Notes: generated by a model from the letters alone, not told the origin. Positions 28,362-39,251 are shown, counted from the first letter of the stretch. The stretch is DNA of 64,000 nt from an uncultured Verrucomicrobiae bacterium (GCA_963837955.1 CAWIPH010000002.1:1408001-1472000), one strand, 5' to 3'. Numbers and translations are program-made.

Positions 28362-29935
28362 AAAGGTAGCGTCTGGTACTGATAGCAGGCAAACACGCGA
28401 ATTTCGCGCAAAGGCAACTCTCGTCGCTCCAGTTGAAACACCGCAACTAGCTCCCAGCGAGTAAATGAGTTTTGGAGCGCCTGCGGCGGAGAGCCGTCCC
28501 CGTGATCGGTTATATACAGGGCGGTCCGGTTGATAAACGGATTGACGCCATTCTGTTCAGTGAAATATGAACTCGGGTTAGTCTTGTCAGTTGGCTCGAT
28601 GAATTCGTCGTACCGAGGCCAAAATGAAAACTCATTTTGGATATCCTGCGATTCCGGAATGTAGACTGGAGGATGTCCGGGATCTTCGATCCGTGGGTCT
28701 TTCAGATAGAAGGATAGCATCGAGGCGGTCTGATACTTATTACCTATCAAGAAAACTGGCTCTCCTAGCTTTCGCTCAAACTCGCTTCGAAACTTTTCAA
28801 TCTGCTCAGCCAAGGTTTGCCATCCTCGCAGTCTGGACGAGGGATCGATGCGGTAAGGAATCCTCAGACCAGCGACGCGCAACAGGTCGAGATCCAGAGC
28901 GATGACAGTCATGAACGCAGCGGTCACCAGGCCGGCCACGCAAAGCACAGTGACGGCGCGATTTTCTCGGGCCGAGTTGAGCCACCAGGAAGTCGTGAGG
29001 ATTCCCAAGCTGACAAAGGCCTGAGCTGTCCAATTCGGCTCTCCCGGCTGCTTCAGAGCAAGAATCAAATAGGTAATGAGCACCGGCCAACTGAAGGCGA
29101 GCAGAAAACAGACTTTGGTGTTTTGAAACGCTTTTCGAATCGAGCCGAATAGGGCCATCAGAAACGCGATAAAGATAAGCGGCGAGTAAACGCCTAATTG
29201 GCCTCCGAGAAACCGCGCGAAACTCGCAAGATTCACTGCGAACGGTTTCTGCAAGCCTCCGCGGAGAGAGAGATGGGCGAGGGTGATCCATTCATGCTGC
29301 TGATTCCAGATGATTGGTGGCAGAAGGAAAGGCAGGAAGCCAAGCAAGAGTAAGTAGAATCCCGGGCGGACAAGTTCCCGACGATGTTTTGGCACCATCA
29401 GGAGGAACAGAAAAACGGATAATAGCTGGAATGCGTTGGTGTATTTTGAAATGAAGCCCAGACCGATGAGCACGCCGGTTACAAGCCAAAGCCACAATCC
29501 GGCCGGACTTCGCTCTAGCGCGAGCCAGAACGTGTAGATCGCGGCAGCCCAAAAGAATATCGAAAGGGGATCGATAGTCATCACAATCGCCCCAACATTA
29601 AAGATCGGAAGAACGTTCAGACCGATGACTGTCCAAAAGGCGACTTTTTCCCGATAGAGGTGGCGGGCAAGAAAATAAAGAATCAACGAAGTACCCAGCC
29701 CGAGCAACGGGCTGAGAAAGCGAACGCCGAGCTCGGTGCGACCGAAAATCGAAGTGCTGGCGAGGATGGCCATCGCGACTCCTGGTCCTTTGCTGTAATA
29801 GCAAATGTCGGGATGTTGAGACCAAAGATAATAATACGCCTCATCCGGAGCGAGCTCATAATGCGTGGCGAGAAAAAGGCGCACCGCTGTGAGCGCCAAT
29901 AGAAAGACTAGAAGCAGCCAGAAGCGAGCGGTCAT
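28358..29935 (-). CDS. GT-C (GT39/ArnT-like) membrane glycosyltransferase
   Basis: PDEAYYYLWS, YYSKGPG, SKYT, many TM helices; ATG at 29935 overlaps the PAP2 stop. Confidence 0.88.
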   Translation of the reverse strand: MTARFWLLLVFLLALTAVRLFLATHYELAPDEAYYYLWSQHPDICYYSKGPGVAMAILASTSIFGRTELGVRFLSPLLGLGTSLILYFLARHLYREKVAFWTVIGLNVLPIFNVGAIVMTIDPLSIFFWAAAIYTFWLALERSPAGLWLWLVTGVLIGLGFISKYTNAFQLLSVFLFLLMVPKHRRELVRPGFYLLLLGFLPFLLPPIIWNQQHEWITLAHLSLRGGLQKPFAVNLASFARFLGGQLGVYSPLIFIAFLMALFGSIRKAFQNTKVCFLLAFSWPVLITYLILALKQPGEPNWTAQAFVSLGILTTSWWLNSARENRAVTVLCVAGLVTAAFMTVIALDLDLLRVAGLRIPYRIDPSSRLRGWQTLAEQIEKFRSEFERKLGEPVFLIGNKYQTASMLSFYLKDPRIEDPGHPPVYIPESQDIQNEFSFWPRYDEFIEPTDKTNPSSYFTEQNGVNPFINRTALYITDHGDGSPPQALQNSFTRWELVAVFQLERRELPLREIRVFACYQYQTLPL

Positions 29936-30582
29936 GAAGCCACCAAATGCGGGTGATTTGCGTACAGACGGGGAAACCAACGAGCAGTCACCTTCCGGTA
30001 AAGAAAGCTAAGCAACACAAAGAAAGTGAGCGCGAAACCAATACCGAGCACGGCGGACACGATAACGTCGGTAGGCCAGTGCGACCCGCAATATATACGC
30101 GAGTATGAGATCAACGCGGCCGGAATAACGTAGAGAGCGCCCCACCAACGAAAGAAAATAATGGCGAGCGTCGCGATGACCGTGTTGTTCATAGTGTGGC
30201 CAGACGGGAACGACCGGCCGACCTGAATCCTCCCCACGGGTGTAGGCGAGAGATGGACGCTGACAGGTTGGAAGAGACCGATAAACACTGGGTGGGTTTT
30301 CTGCAGCGTAACTTCTCGTACATCAGCCAGCGCTTGAATCGGCCTCGGGCGGTTGACGGCAATTTTCGTGACCTGAGTGACAATCCCGTCAGTGAACCCA
30401 ATCGTGATCAGGGTAACGATCAAAAAACTTCGCCACCGAAATCCACCTCGCCAAAACAAAAGCGCCGCGCAAATAAAAAGGATGGGTCGCCAAAGATCAA
30501 AGTTTGAGCAGATGGCCATAAGCCGATCCAGCACCGGGTTGGTCCATTGTTTGTTGATAAGAAACAGCAGTAGGGTATCCAT
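29932..30582 (-). CDS. PAP2 family phosphatase
   Basis: K-x4-RPRP, SFPSGH, SRIYCGSHWPTD. Confidence 0.92.
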   Translation of the reverse strand: MDTLLLFLINKQWTNPVLDRLMAICSNFDLWRPILFICAALLFWRGGFRWRSFLIVTLITIGFTDGIVTQVTKIAVNRPRPIQALADVREVTLQKTHPVFIGLFQPVSVHLSPTPVGRIQVGRSFPSGHTMNNTVIATLAIIFFRWWGALYVIPAALISYSRIYCGSHWPTDVIVSAVLGIGFALTFFVLLSFLYRKVTARWFPRLYANHPHLVAS

Positions 30583-30623
30583 TCCGGTTCGATTCGGCTG
30601 CGTAAGCTAAGGATTCGATTCCC

Positions 30624-31304
30624 ATGAAACAAGTAAAGAAATTGATCGGTGCGATTGCGCTCGTTTTGCTGCTGCTTCCTCCGGCAGGATTGGCGCAAGA
30701 ACCAAACGCTGCCGCGATCCTGGACGGAGTGCGACTGGCCAAAGTGGACCGAGAGCTCAAAGGACAGTTGCGTAAAGAGGACGGGACTATCATTCCATTT
30801 GGGCTGAGCCTGAGCGGGTCACAAGTAATTTATCGGTTCAATAGTCCAGACGAAACTCTGCGAGTCGAGCTGAGAGATTCCGCCTCGACGTTGAATCAAG
30901 ATGCAGGCGGCAAGAGCCATTTGGTGGCCGGCAATCAGCTCACCGAAAAAGTACGCGGAACGGATCTCTCGTATGAAGATCTATCGCTACACTTCTTGTA
31001 CTGGGCGAACCCAAAAATAGAAGGAGAACAGTCAGTCAAAGGTTTCTCTTGTTGGATTATCCTGGTCCAGCATCTTGGCCGCGACAGCAATTATGCGTCC
31101 GTTCGGATGTGGATCATGAAAGAGGGAAGTAGCCTACTTCGAGCTGAGGCATTCAACGCCAAAGGGAAGTTAGAAAAACGATTTGAAGTGATTTCGGGAC
31201 AGAAGGTCGAAGACAAATGGATTCCGAAACAGGTGCGGGTTCAGGTGTATAACCCGGAGACCGGTAAGCAAGAGTCTCGTACTTATCTAGAAATCAACGG
31301 GTAG
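30624..31304 (+). CDS. Outer-membrane lipoprotein-sorting (LolA-like) protein
   Basis: Signal peptide; GTDLSYEDL motif; beta-rich. Confidence 0.75.
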   Translation: MKQVKKLIGAIALVLLLLPPAGLAQEPNAAAILDGVRLAKVDRELKGQLRKEDGTIIPFGLSLSGSQVIYRFNSPDETLRVELRDSASTLNQDAGGKSHLVAGNQLTEKVRGTDLSYEDLSLHFLYWANPKIEGEQSVKGFSCWIILVQHLGRDSNYASVRMWIMKEGSSLLRAEAFNAKGKLEKRFEVISGQKVEDKWIPKQVRVQVYNPETGKQESRTYLEING

Positions 31305-31459
31305 GCGGGGCGCTTCATAACATGTACAGATTTTGTTTGTTCATCCGCTGCACATTGTTATAATATGCCGGCCGGTAGGTTGCTGGCCGCGACCGGCTCA
31401 GCGTTTGTATCTCTTTGACATGGCCCATCTTACCAATTAAGATCCCGAAAGTTTTGCAT

Positions 31460-32278
31460 ATGAGAAATAGAGGCCTCTGCTTCGGGAGTATGCTAGTGGG
31501 CTTAGTTCTTGTAAGCGGAACTGGAGCTTACGGCCAAACGGATGTAGAGAACGCGGCTAGTTTTACTGAACACGCGATGAGGCTGCGTGCCGAAGTGCTT
31601 TTCAAAGTGCAGCCGGATACAACGCGTCAACGATTGATCGTTCTGGAGGGTAGATACTCTTGGCGCAGCAACATCATTACGACGGTGTTCTGGGTAGGCG
31701 AAATGGCCAGCGGGAACAATCCTGTTCCAAATGAAGCGAGTGCGTGGGATCTGAATTGGTCACATAATTATGGCGGCCTCGATGTACCAGATTCGGGTAA
31801 CCGCCGCGGATTTTTGCCGGCTACTTTTGTGCCTCGGCAAAACCCGTTTTATGTCGCCTTACCTTATAACGACGTTGCCAATGGAAGGACGAAGCCTGAG
31901 GCCGCCCAAGTGATTCCGTGGTTCAAGGACACGTTTCTTAGATCGGGCCAAACCGTTTTGAAGGGTCGATGGATCGCGATTCGCAAGGGCGGGCGCACCT
32001 GTTATGCGCAGTGGGAAGATGTAGGTCCCTTTCAAACGGACAATTGGGAATATGTATTTGGCAACGAGCGGCCGCGACCCAATCTAAATGGCGGCGCCGG
32101 ATTGGATGTATCTCCAGGCGTACGGGATTATCTACGGCTTAGCCCGACGGACGTCACTGATTGGAAATTTGTTGAGGAGGTGGAAGTACCGCCAGGTCCT
32201 TGGACCTTATACGGCGACAACAACACCTTTGTAATCGATCGTCGCAAGCGCGAAGAAGAAATCGCGAAGAAGCAGTAG
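31460..32278 (+). CDS. Exported hypothetical protein, possible double-psi beta-barrel (RlpA-like)
   Basis: Signal peptide; NPFYVALP, AQWEDVGP...GLDVSP; start uncertain (31415 or 31460). Confidence 0.7.
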   Translation: MRNRGLCFGSMLVGLVLVSGTGAYGQTDVENAASFTEHAMRLRAEVLFKVQPDTTRQRLIVLEGRYSWRSNIITTVFWVGEMASGNNPVPNEASAWDLNWSHNYGGLDVPDSGNRRGFLPATFVPRQNPFYVALPYNDVANGRTKPEAAQVIPWFKDTFLRSGQTVLKGRWIAIRKGGRTCYAQWEDVGPFQTDNWEYVFGNERPRPNLNGGAGLDVSPGVRDYLRLSPTDVTDWKFVEEVEVPPGPWTLYGDNNTFVIDRRKREEEIAKKQ

Positions 32279-32290
32279 CGAGCGACGTCG

Positions 32291-32539
32291 ATGGATCAAT
32301 CCAAGGCCGGTAGGGCGAAAGCCTGAGGCGGTATCAGCCGCGTCGGCTTGAGCCGTTTCTGCCCAAATCACGGCTCTACCCCTCGTCATCTCATGCTAAC
32401 AAATGGGACGAGTAAGTTTGATGGTGCGCGCGGCTCAAACCCGGCGCGAGCCGAACAAGCAGATTTTGCATCGTTTCCAACGCGCCGAGGTTTTCGCCCT
32501 ACCTGCGCGGGGTTATGGTTCAGCCTTGGATTGATCCAT
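32291..32539. repeat. GTAG REPIN-like unit (32309-32503) inside a perfect 17-bp IR
   Basis: ATGGATCAATCCAAGGC (32291-32307) / GCCTTGGATTGATCCAT (32523-32539). Confidence 0.88.
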
Positions 32540-32560
32540 TGTTTGGCGCCTACGCATCCC

Positions 32561-32893
32561 TCAGAAATGAACGGTGTCTCCTTCGTCCCAGGTCCTCTCA
32601 TAACCGCCCTCGGGACCGGAGAAAGTAATATGAAGTTTTTTCTCTTCTCCCTTAAAGGGATCAAAGCCAAACGTTTCGTTTGACACTTCCATCCTGCCGC
32701 CGCGCCAAGCATATTGCCGAACGATGCGTGTCACGTTGATGAAGTGACCGTGTACTCCATACAATGCGCGGGCAATCCCGACGCGTACCGCACCAGGCGG
32801 CGGGCCATAGCCTTGAGCTTGCACGGCACAAGGCGCCGCCGTCGCGATGGCCAAGAATGCTACTGTGAGTAGCCAAATGTTTTTGGTGTGCAT
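32561..32893 (-). CDS. Small secreted protein, DUF3395/SUEL-lectin-like
   Basis: Signal peptide; IARALYG...NVT...VSNETFGFDPFKGEEKKLHITF. Confidence 0.7.
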   Translation of the reverse strand: MHTKNIWLLTVAFLAIATAAPCAVQAQGYGPPPGAVRVGIARALYGVHGHFINVTRIVRQYAWRGGRMEVSNETFGFDPFKGEEKKLHITFSGPEGGYERTWDEGDTVHF

Positions 32894-33146
32894 AGGATAG
32901 TATTGGATTGTAAACGGAAACTCAGACGAGATAGCCGAGTTGCGCTATCAATTGGTTCCGGACAATTTACTGTCAACGCCAAAATAGAGACTTCTTCTTG
33001 GCCAGGAATGACATCTGTCTCATCAAGGTCCGTTTGCTCGATGCAGCAAGTTAGGACGCTGCGGAGAGGACTGCTGCCCAGTTCTCCCGGTTTGGCGCGT
33101 TAGCGCCAGAGCTCGTTCCGCGCTTCACCGGTTAACGCTTCGAGCT

Positions 33147-33770
33147 GTGCAACACCGCCGATTTTTGGCGACATCCGAAGCGGCGCGCCGATATACTCCC
33201 GACCTCATGACTTGTGTTGCTGTTTTCCACGAAGGTACTCGTGGTCGCGGTGTTTTGGCCGGGGCCAATTCGGATCAGGACAGGCGTCTCAGTCGCTGGT
33301 GGTTTGCCATCGCATTCTTGTCGATATGGCTTCTTCATCCTGCGTTGCTTCAAGCTCAGTCGCATGCCGTACAGGCAAACCCCAAAATCATGGAGGTTTT
33401 GAATACGGCTCCGCTGGATATTAAGGATGAAGATACCCAGCTCATTAAATTAAAGAAAATGCGGTTTAATGCGGCCATCGCGGAGGCGAAAGAACGATAC
33501 AACCTGTTCAAGAAAGGCCAGACTAAGTTCACTGATCTTGTTGACGTGGGGCAACGGGTTCTTACGGCCCAAGCGGATCTCGCCCAAAGTCCGGAGGAGA
33601 GAGCGCAGGTGCTGGATAAACAGCTGCAAATTCTCGCCGAAGCGGAGGACAATCTTGACAAGCAAATTAAGGATGGAAAAGGGTTGGCCGCGGACCTTGA
33701 TCGCCTTCGTTACGAACGTTTCGGGGTTGAAATCGATCTGGAGATTTTACGGAAAGGAATGGCTCAATGA
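33147..33770 (+). CDS. Hypothetical alpha-helical exported protein (start uncertain)
   Basis: Hydrophobic segment ending AQS, followed by long amphipathic helices. Confidence 0.6.
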   Translation: MQHRRFLATSEAARRYTPDLMTCVAVFHEGTRGRGVLAGANSDQDRRLSRWWFAIAFLSIWLLHPALLQAQSHAVQANPKIMEVLNTAPLDIKDEDTQLIKLKKMRFNAAIAEAKERYNLFKKGQTKFTDLVDVGQRVLTAQADLAQSPEERAQVLDKQLQILAEAEDNLDKQIKDGKGLAADLDRLRYERFGVEIDLEILRKGMAQ

Positions 33771-33887
33771 TGCCGAAAGAACCATTTACCAACCAAGGGC
33801 GGCCCACTGGACAGTTTCCTATTGACTTTAGAGATAGTGGTTCGCACGGTGGGCCAGTTAGGTCGCCGCCGAAGAGTGGCATTTTCT

Positions 33888-34784
33888 ATGAGAAATTACC
33901 CATCATTTCTAGCTGCCGTTTTTTGCTGTTGGCTCTCGAGCGATGCTTACGCTCAGGAACCTGGCGGAGTCCTTAAGAAGGCAAAGGATTCCGGTTCGAT
34001 TTCGCTCGGTTATCGGGAATCTTCGGTTCCGTTCTCCTATTACGACGATAACAACAAAGTCGTCGGATATTCTCAGGAACTTGCTGCCATTGTAATCGAA
34101 GCCGTCAAAAAGAAGCTTAGCCTCCCAAATCTTCAAGTAAAAATGGTCCCGGTGACTTCCGGTAACCGTATTCCTTTGGTGCAGAATGGGACGGTCGATA
34201 TTGAAGCGGGCTCGACCACGAACAATCTGGATCGGGAAAAACAGGTCAGTTTTTCCGATTCGATCTTCATCATCGGAACGCGTCTCTTGGTAAAGAAGGG
34301 TTCCGGGATCAAAGATTTTCCGGACCTGAAAGGGAAGACCGTCGTCACGACGGCTGGCACCACGTCCGAAGTTCTGCTGCGGGCGCTGAACGAAAAGAGC
34401 GGCATGGGGATGGACATAATCAGCGCGAAAGATCACGCCGAGTCATTTCTAATCCTTCGAAGCGATCGGGCGGTGGCGTTTATGATGGACGACGCACTGC
34501 TAGCCGGTGAGCGGGCCAAAGCGCGCAACCCAGACGATTGGGAAATTGTCGGAACGCCCCAATCAAAAGAAGCGTACGGAATGATGCTGCCGAAAGGTGA
34601 CACTGAGTTTAAGAAGGTCGTGGATGACGCAATCGCCCAGGCAGAAACATCGGGGACGGCGGAAAAACTCTATCAAAAGTGGTTTTTGTCGCCCATCCCG
34701 CCCAAAAGTCTGAACCTGAATCTGCCTTTAAGCGAGGACTTGAAGGCATTATTCAAAAGCCCAAACGATAAGCCGTTTCAATAG
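33888..34784 (+). CDS. gltI: Glutamate/aspartate ABC transporter substrate-binding protein
   Basis: GYRESSVPFSY, VTSGNRIPLVQNGTVDIEAGSTTNN, TAGTTSE, KDHAESF, FMMDD. Confidence 0.9.
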   Translation: MRNYPSFLAAVFCCWLSSDAYAQEPGGVLKKAKDSGSISLGYRESSVPFSYYDDNNKVVGYSQELAAIVIEAVKKKLSLPNLQVKMVPVTSGNRIPLVQNGTVDIEAGSTTNNLDREKQVSFSDSIFIIGTRLLVKKGSGIKDFPDLKGKTVVTTAGTTSEVLLRALNEKSGMGMDIISAKDHAESFLILRSDRAVAFMMDDALLAGERAKARNPDDWEIVGTPQSKEAYGMMLPKGDTEFKKVVDDAIAQAETSGTAEKLYQKWFLSPIPPKSLNLNLPLSEDLKALFKSPNDKPFQ

Positions 34785-34859
34785 GAACGCATGATGGGCA
34801 AGCTTTGGAAATTCGCGGATTGAAAGAGCGAGCAGACCTTCAGCGACATTCGTGATCCT

Positions 34860-35606
34860 ATGAGTTTTGTCGTTGCTGCCCTCGACTTCGGTGTTTTCCT
34901 TTCGCCTAGTCCAGAAGCCGGTCAGAATTATCTAACCTACCTTTTGGGCGGTGCCGCTTGGACTGTGGTTCTTTCGGTCCTGAGCTGGGTGATTGCCTTT
35001 GCCGTGGGCTCGGTGGTGGGAGTGCTGCGAACGTTGCCGAGCCCAATCCTCTCCAAGATCGGCGCTTGGTATGTGGAAATTTTCCGAAATATTCCGCTGC
35101 TAGTGCAGCTGTTCATTTGGTTTAATGTCGTGCCAGAGTTGCTGCCTGTTTTTGGTCCGTGGTTCAAGCATCTGCCGTCTTTCTGGCAACAGTTTACCAG
35201 TGGAACGCTCTGCCTTGGCCTATTTACAGCGGCAAGAATTGCTGAACAGGTCCGGTCTGGATTGGGATCGCTCGGAAAGGGTCAATACGGGGCTGGCCTG
35301 GCCTTGGGATTGAATATCAAGCAGGTCTACGGCTTGGTTCTGCTCCCTGTTGCCTACCGAATCATTATCCCCACACTAACCTCGGAGTTCTTGAATTTAA
35401 TTAAGAACTCCGCAGTTGCGTCGACCGTCGGATTTGTTGAACTCGCCAGACGCAGCGAGACCATGGCCGAACTGAAGTCTACGGTGTTTGAAGCGCTCCT
35501 CGCGGGAACAGTGCTCTATGGTGTGATTAACCTGATTGTCCTTTTCTTTTCTCGCTCTTTAGAGCGATCAACCAAATTGCCCGGTTTGGTAGGAGCGCAA
35601 AAGTAG
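34860..35606 (+). CDS. gltJ: Polar amino-acid ABC permease
   Basis: FRNIPLLVQLF, AARIAEQVRSG, KNSAVA. Confidence 0.85.
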   Translation: MSFVVAALDFGVFLSPSPEAGQNYLTYLLGGAAWTVVLSVLSWVIAFAVGSVVGVLRTLPSPILSKIGAWYVEIFRNIPLLVQLFIWFNVVPELLPVFGPWFKHLPSFWQQFTSGTLCLGLFTAARIAEQVRSGLGSLGKGQYGAGLALGLNIKQVYGLVLLPVAYRIIIPTLTSEFLNLIKNSAVASTVGFVELARRSETMAELKSTVFEALLAGTVLYGVINLIVLFFSRSLERSTKLPGLVGAQK

Positions 35607-36284
35607 ATGTATACGTTCGATTGGAGCTCTATCCCAGGTTCATTGCCCTATCTCTGGCAGGGGATGGTTATCACCCTGGAAATCACGTTGGTAGCAATCG
35701 TCGTGGGTATATTACTGGGTACGGTGATTGCGGTGGTCCGGTTATCCAAGAACTCGATATTATCTGCGATTGCGGCCGCCTATGTGACGTTATTCCGATC
35801 GATCCCATTGGTGATGGTATTGCTTTGGTTCCAGCTCGCTTTGGTCCCGCCCGTAGTGCGCTGGCTGTTCCCGAAGGGGAATTTCGATCTCAATCTCATT
35901 ATCGCGTTTACGGCATTCGCCTTTTTTGAAGCTTCCTATTACGCGGAAATCATCCGCGCCGGAATCCAAAGTATATCAAAGGGCCAAGTAATGGCGGCCC
36001 AGGCCCTCGGAATGAGTGATGGTGCCGTTATGCGGTTGGTGATCCTGCCGCAAGCGTTTCGGCGGATGATTCCTCTTTTGCTGACTCAGGCGATCATTCT
36101 CTTCCAAGACAGCTCGCTGGTCTATGTCATCGGCTTGGCCGACTTTTTTGGAGTGGCCAAGAACCGAGCGGACTCTACCGGGGACGAAGTGGAATTCATT
36201 CTTTTTGCCGGAGCCGTCTACTTAGTTCTTTGTTTGACGATGTCGACGATAGTTCGTCAAATGCAAAAGAGGATCACAGTATGA
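35607..36284 (+). CDS. gltK: Polar amino-acid ABC permease
   Basis: [28 protein letters not shown]. Confidence 0.87.
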   Translation: MYTFDWSSIPGSLPYLWQGMVITLEITLVAIVVGILLGTVIAVVRLSKNSILSAIAAAYVTLFRSIPLVMVLLWFQLALVPPVVRWLFPKGNFDLNLIIAFTAFAFFEASYYAEIIRAGIQSISKGQVMAAQALGMSDGAVMRLVILPQAFRRMIPLLLTQAIILFQDSSLVYVIGLADFFGVAKNRADSTGDEVEFILFAGAVYLVLCLTMSTIVRQMQKRITV

Positions 36285-37009
36285 TTTCAATTCGTGACAT
36301 CTCGAAATGGTACGGTGCATTCCATGTGCTAGATGGCTGCTCGACCGAGGTCCAGAAAGGGGAGGTTGTAGTAGTCTGCGGGCCTTCCGGTTCGGGGAAA
36401 TCAACTTTGATTAAATGTGTGAACGGACTCGAGCCATTCCAGAAAGGGGAGATACTTATCGAGGGCACCTCTGTTGGCGCTAAGAAAACAAACCTTCCCA
36501 AGCTGCGGGCGCGGGTCGGCATGGTGTTCCAGCACTTTGAACTTTTCCCGCACCTCAGCGTGTTGCAAAATCTTACGATAGCCCAGTGTCGAGTCTTGAG
36601 GCGCGGTGCTGCCGAGGCTCAAGAAAAGGCCTTTCGTCTGCTCGATCTCGTCGGTTTGAGAACTCAGGCTCCAAAATTTCCGGCTCAGCTCTCCGGGGGG
36701 CAACAACAGCGCGTCGCGATCGCCCGGGCGCTCGCTATGGATCCGATTGCGATGCTCTTTGACGAACCGACCTCCGCTTTGGATCCCGAGATGATCAATG
36801 AGGTCCTGGATGTGATGGTTAAACTCGCACAGGAAGGAATGACCATGATGGTTGTCACGCACGAAATGGGATTCGCGAAAAAAGTCGCCGATCGCGTGAT
36901 TTTTATGGATCAGGGGCAAATCGTCGAAGATCGGCCGAAAATCGATTTCTTTACCAGCCCAAACACCGATCGCGCTCAACTGTTTTTGTCTAAGATCCTT
37001 TCACACTAA
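36281..37009 (+). CDS. gltL: Polar amino-acid ABC ATPase
   Basis: [32 protein letters not shown] overlap with gltK. Confidence 0.92.
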   Translation: MISIRDISKWYGAFHVLDGCSTEVQKGEVVVVCGPSGSGKSTLIKCVNGLEPFQKGEILIEGTSVGAKKTNLPKLRARVGMVFQHFELFPHLSVLQNLTIAQCRVLRRGAAEAQEKAFRLLDLVGLRTQAPKFPAQLSGGQQQRVAIARALAMDPIAMLFDEPTSALDPEMINEVLDVMVKLAQEGMTMMVVTHEMGFAKKVADRVIFMDQGQIVEDRPKIDFFTSPNTDRAQLFLSKILSH

Positions 37010-37097
37010 GCCGGGCTATCTTTGGGTGAATGCTGGGGACGAGTTTCGATCTCGGGGCGCCGAGCCCAGATTTCCCTGTGCTTTGGCGACGCATCGG

Positions 37098-38843
37098 CTA
37101 ATGGCCGGTTGATGGGTTCAGCAGTGCTTTCGCCCGATTCAAGGCTGCATCGAAATGGGCGCAGAGATTTTCGCGGCCGATCACGTCGATAAAGCCCGCC
37201 TTTCGCAGCATTTCCAGAGGCTGTCGATGCAAACCGCTCAGAATCACTGTTGAACCGTGATGCTTGAATCGCTCAATGATGCTCTCCAATGCATTGAGCG
37301 CGGTTGCGTCCATGGCCGTCACCAGATGCAAGCGGAGGATCAACACGCGGGGCAATTGATCAACTCTCTCTAAGGCATCGCTCATTTTTTCGGCAGCCCC
37401 GAAAAGAAACGGACCGAAGATGCGATAGACGAGAACATTTTCCGGAATGTCCTTTCCCTGGGCAAGTTGCTCTGGCGATTCCAGCACGTCATCGCCGGTC
37501 ACTTGCGATACTTCGGTAGTCTCCGAAACCCGCTTGATGAAAAGAATCGCTGCCAGCACCATTCCAAGTTCGACTGCGATCACCAAATCGAAAATCACAG
37601 TGAGCGCGAAAGTCGCGATCAGGACGATAGCATCGCTGCGAGGCATTACTCTGATACGGGTGAGCTCGTGCCATTCACCCATTCGAAGTGCAACCATGAA
37701 CAGCACGGCGGACATCGCGGAGATCGGCACGTTGCCGGCCCATCCAGCAAAGGCCAATACAATCGCCAAGAGCGTCAGACTGTGAACTATTCCGGCCACG
37801 GGAGATTTGGCGCCGTTGTTGATGTTAGCTGAAGTCCGCGCGATGGCTCCGGTCGCCGGTAGTCCGCCGAAGAAGGGACAGACCAGGTTGGCAATACCTT
37901 GAGCGATGAGCTCGGTATTACTGTCGTGCCGATCATTGGCGAGTCCGTCGGCAACTACGGCAGAGAGGAGCGACTCAATTGCGCCAAGAAGAGCGATTGC
38001 AGTAGCCGGCTGCAAGAGATCGCGAATCTGCGTCCAATCAATGACTGGCCAGCGAAAAGGCGGAAATCCTTGGGGAATCGCATGCGCGCCAAACTTAGAA
38101 GCGAGTGTGGCAATCCCAAAGCGGTCGTGATCCAAAAGTGCAAGTGGGTAGAGCAGGATTGTGGCAGCGAGCATCGCAACAATCGATCCAGGGATTCGCT
38201 TGAACCCCAATCGCGGCCAGAAACAGATGACGGCGACCACGAAGAGGGCGAGGAGCAAGCTCGCCAGATTGCTATGCGAAAGATTCTCAGCCAGCCATTG
38301 TACTTTCGCCAGGAAATCACGCGGCGGCGGACCTGCGTTGTGAATTCCAAGTAAGTCCGGCGCGCCAGTTGCCATGATCGAGACAGCAATGCCCGTAGTG
38401 AACCCGCTGGTAACTGGCCATGGAATGAACTTGATTAGCGTGCCAAACCGAGCCAGTCCCATGACTATCTGGATCATTCCGGCCATGATAGTCGCGGCTA
38501 TCAAACCGGCGTATCCATGTTTCTCGATGATCAACAGGATCACTGGTACGAATGCTGCCGTCGGACCACCGATTTGCACACGACTGCCGCCTAGCGCCGA
38601 AATAAGAAAACCCGCAATGATAGCAGTGAATAGTCCAAGTGCGGGGGCTGGATACGGCACGGTGGTGTTGGCGGGTATACTTGCGATGCCCAGAGCCAAG
38701 GCGAGGGGCAGCGCAATCAGCCCAACGGTGACGCCCGCCGCCGAGTCTGCGGCAAAATCGTTGACGCCATAAGGCTGGAGAAAAAGGGAGAAAGCCCGCG
38801 GACGGAATATAGAGCGAATTGGTTTGCGCAACGGCGTGCTCAT
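37098..38843 (-). CDS. SulP family anion transporter with STAS domain (DauA-like)
   Basis: GGSRVQIGGPTAAF, ESLLSA, TGAIART, C-terminal STAS. Confidence 0.93.
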   Translation of the reverse strand: MSTPLRKPIRSIFRPRAFSLFLQPYGVNDFAADSAAGVTVGLIALPLALALGIASIPANTTVPYPAPALGLFTAIIAGFLISALGGSRVQIGGPTAAFVPVILLIIEKHGYAGLIAATIMAGMIQIVMGLARFGTLIKFIPWPVTSGFTTGIAVSIMATGAPDLLGIHNAGPPPRDFLAKVQWLAENLSHSNLASLLLALFVVAVICFWPRLGFKRIPGSIVAMLAATILLYPLALLDHDRFGIATLASKFGAHAIPQGFPPFRWPVIDWTQIRDLLQPATAIALLGAIESLLSAVVADGLANDRHDSNTELIAQGIANLVCPFFGGLPATGAIARTSANINNGAKSPVAGIVHSLTLLAIVLAFAGWAGNVPISAMSAVLFMVALRMGEWHELTRIRVMPRSDAIVLIATFALTVIFDLVIAVELGMVLAAILFIKRVSETTEVSQVTGDDVLESPEQLAQGKDIPENVLVYRIFGPFLFGAAEKMSDALERVDQLPRVLILRLHLVTAMDATALNALESIIERFKHHGSTVILSGLHRQPLEMLRKAGFIDVIGRENLCAHFDAALNRAKALLNPSTGH

Positions 38844-39251
38844 CAAATTGTCTCAACTAGTGCACCGGAACGCGATGCGGACATGCCTGTCTCCTTGGAC
38901 CAAGCGGGCTCATTCGGCTCAACACCGATTCGCGAAAAATTGGGCTGGAGACTTCGATCTATGACTGAAGACACATCCCGAACAGAATTCCTGGCTCCCC
39001 TCGACGCGTAGAGAACGTGATGAACCGATGACTTTCAAGCGTTTCTTTGTTAAGAGTTGGACGATTCGAACGGGTGCCAAAGCAATTTTTGGTAGCATAC
39101 CTAGAGACAATCGGATCTTGACCTCGCTTGGGGATGATCCATAATCAACGGCGCTTGTCCGGACCCCTTTAAATGAGTTCGGTGGACCGCTAGAGTGCTG
39201 CGTCCCGCGGTGGCGCTTAGACGGCAAGCATGACCCTTCCCCAGAACTAAT

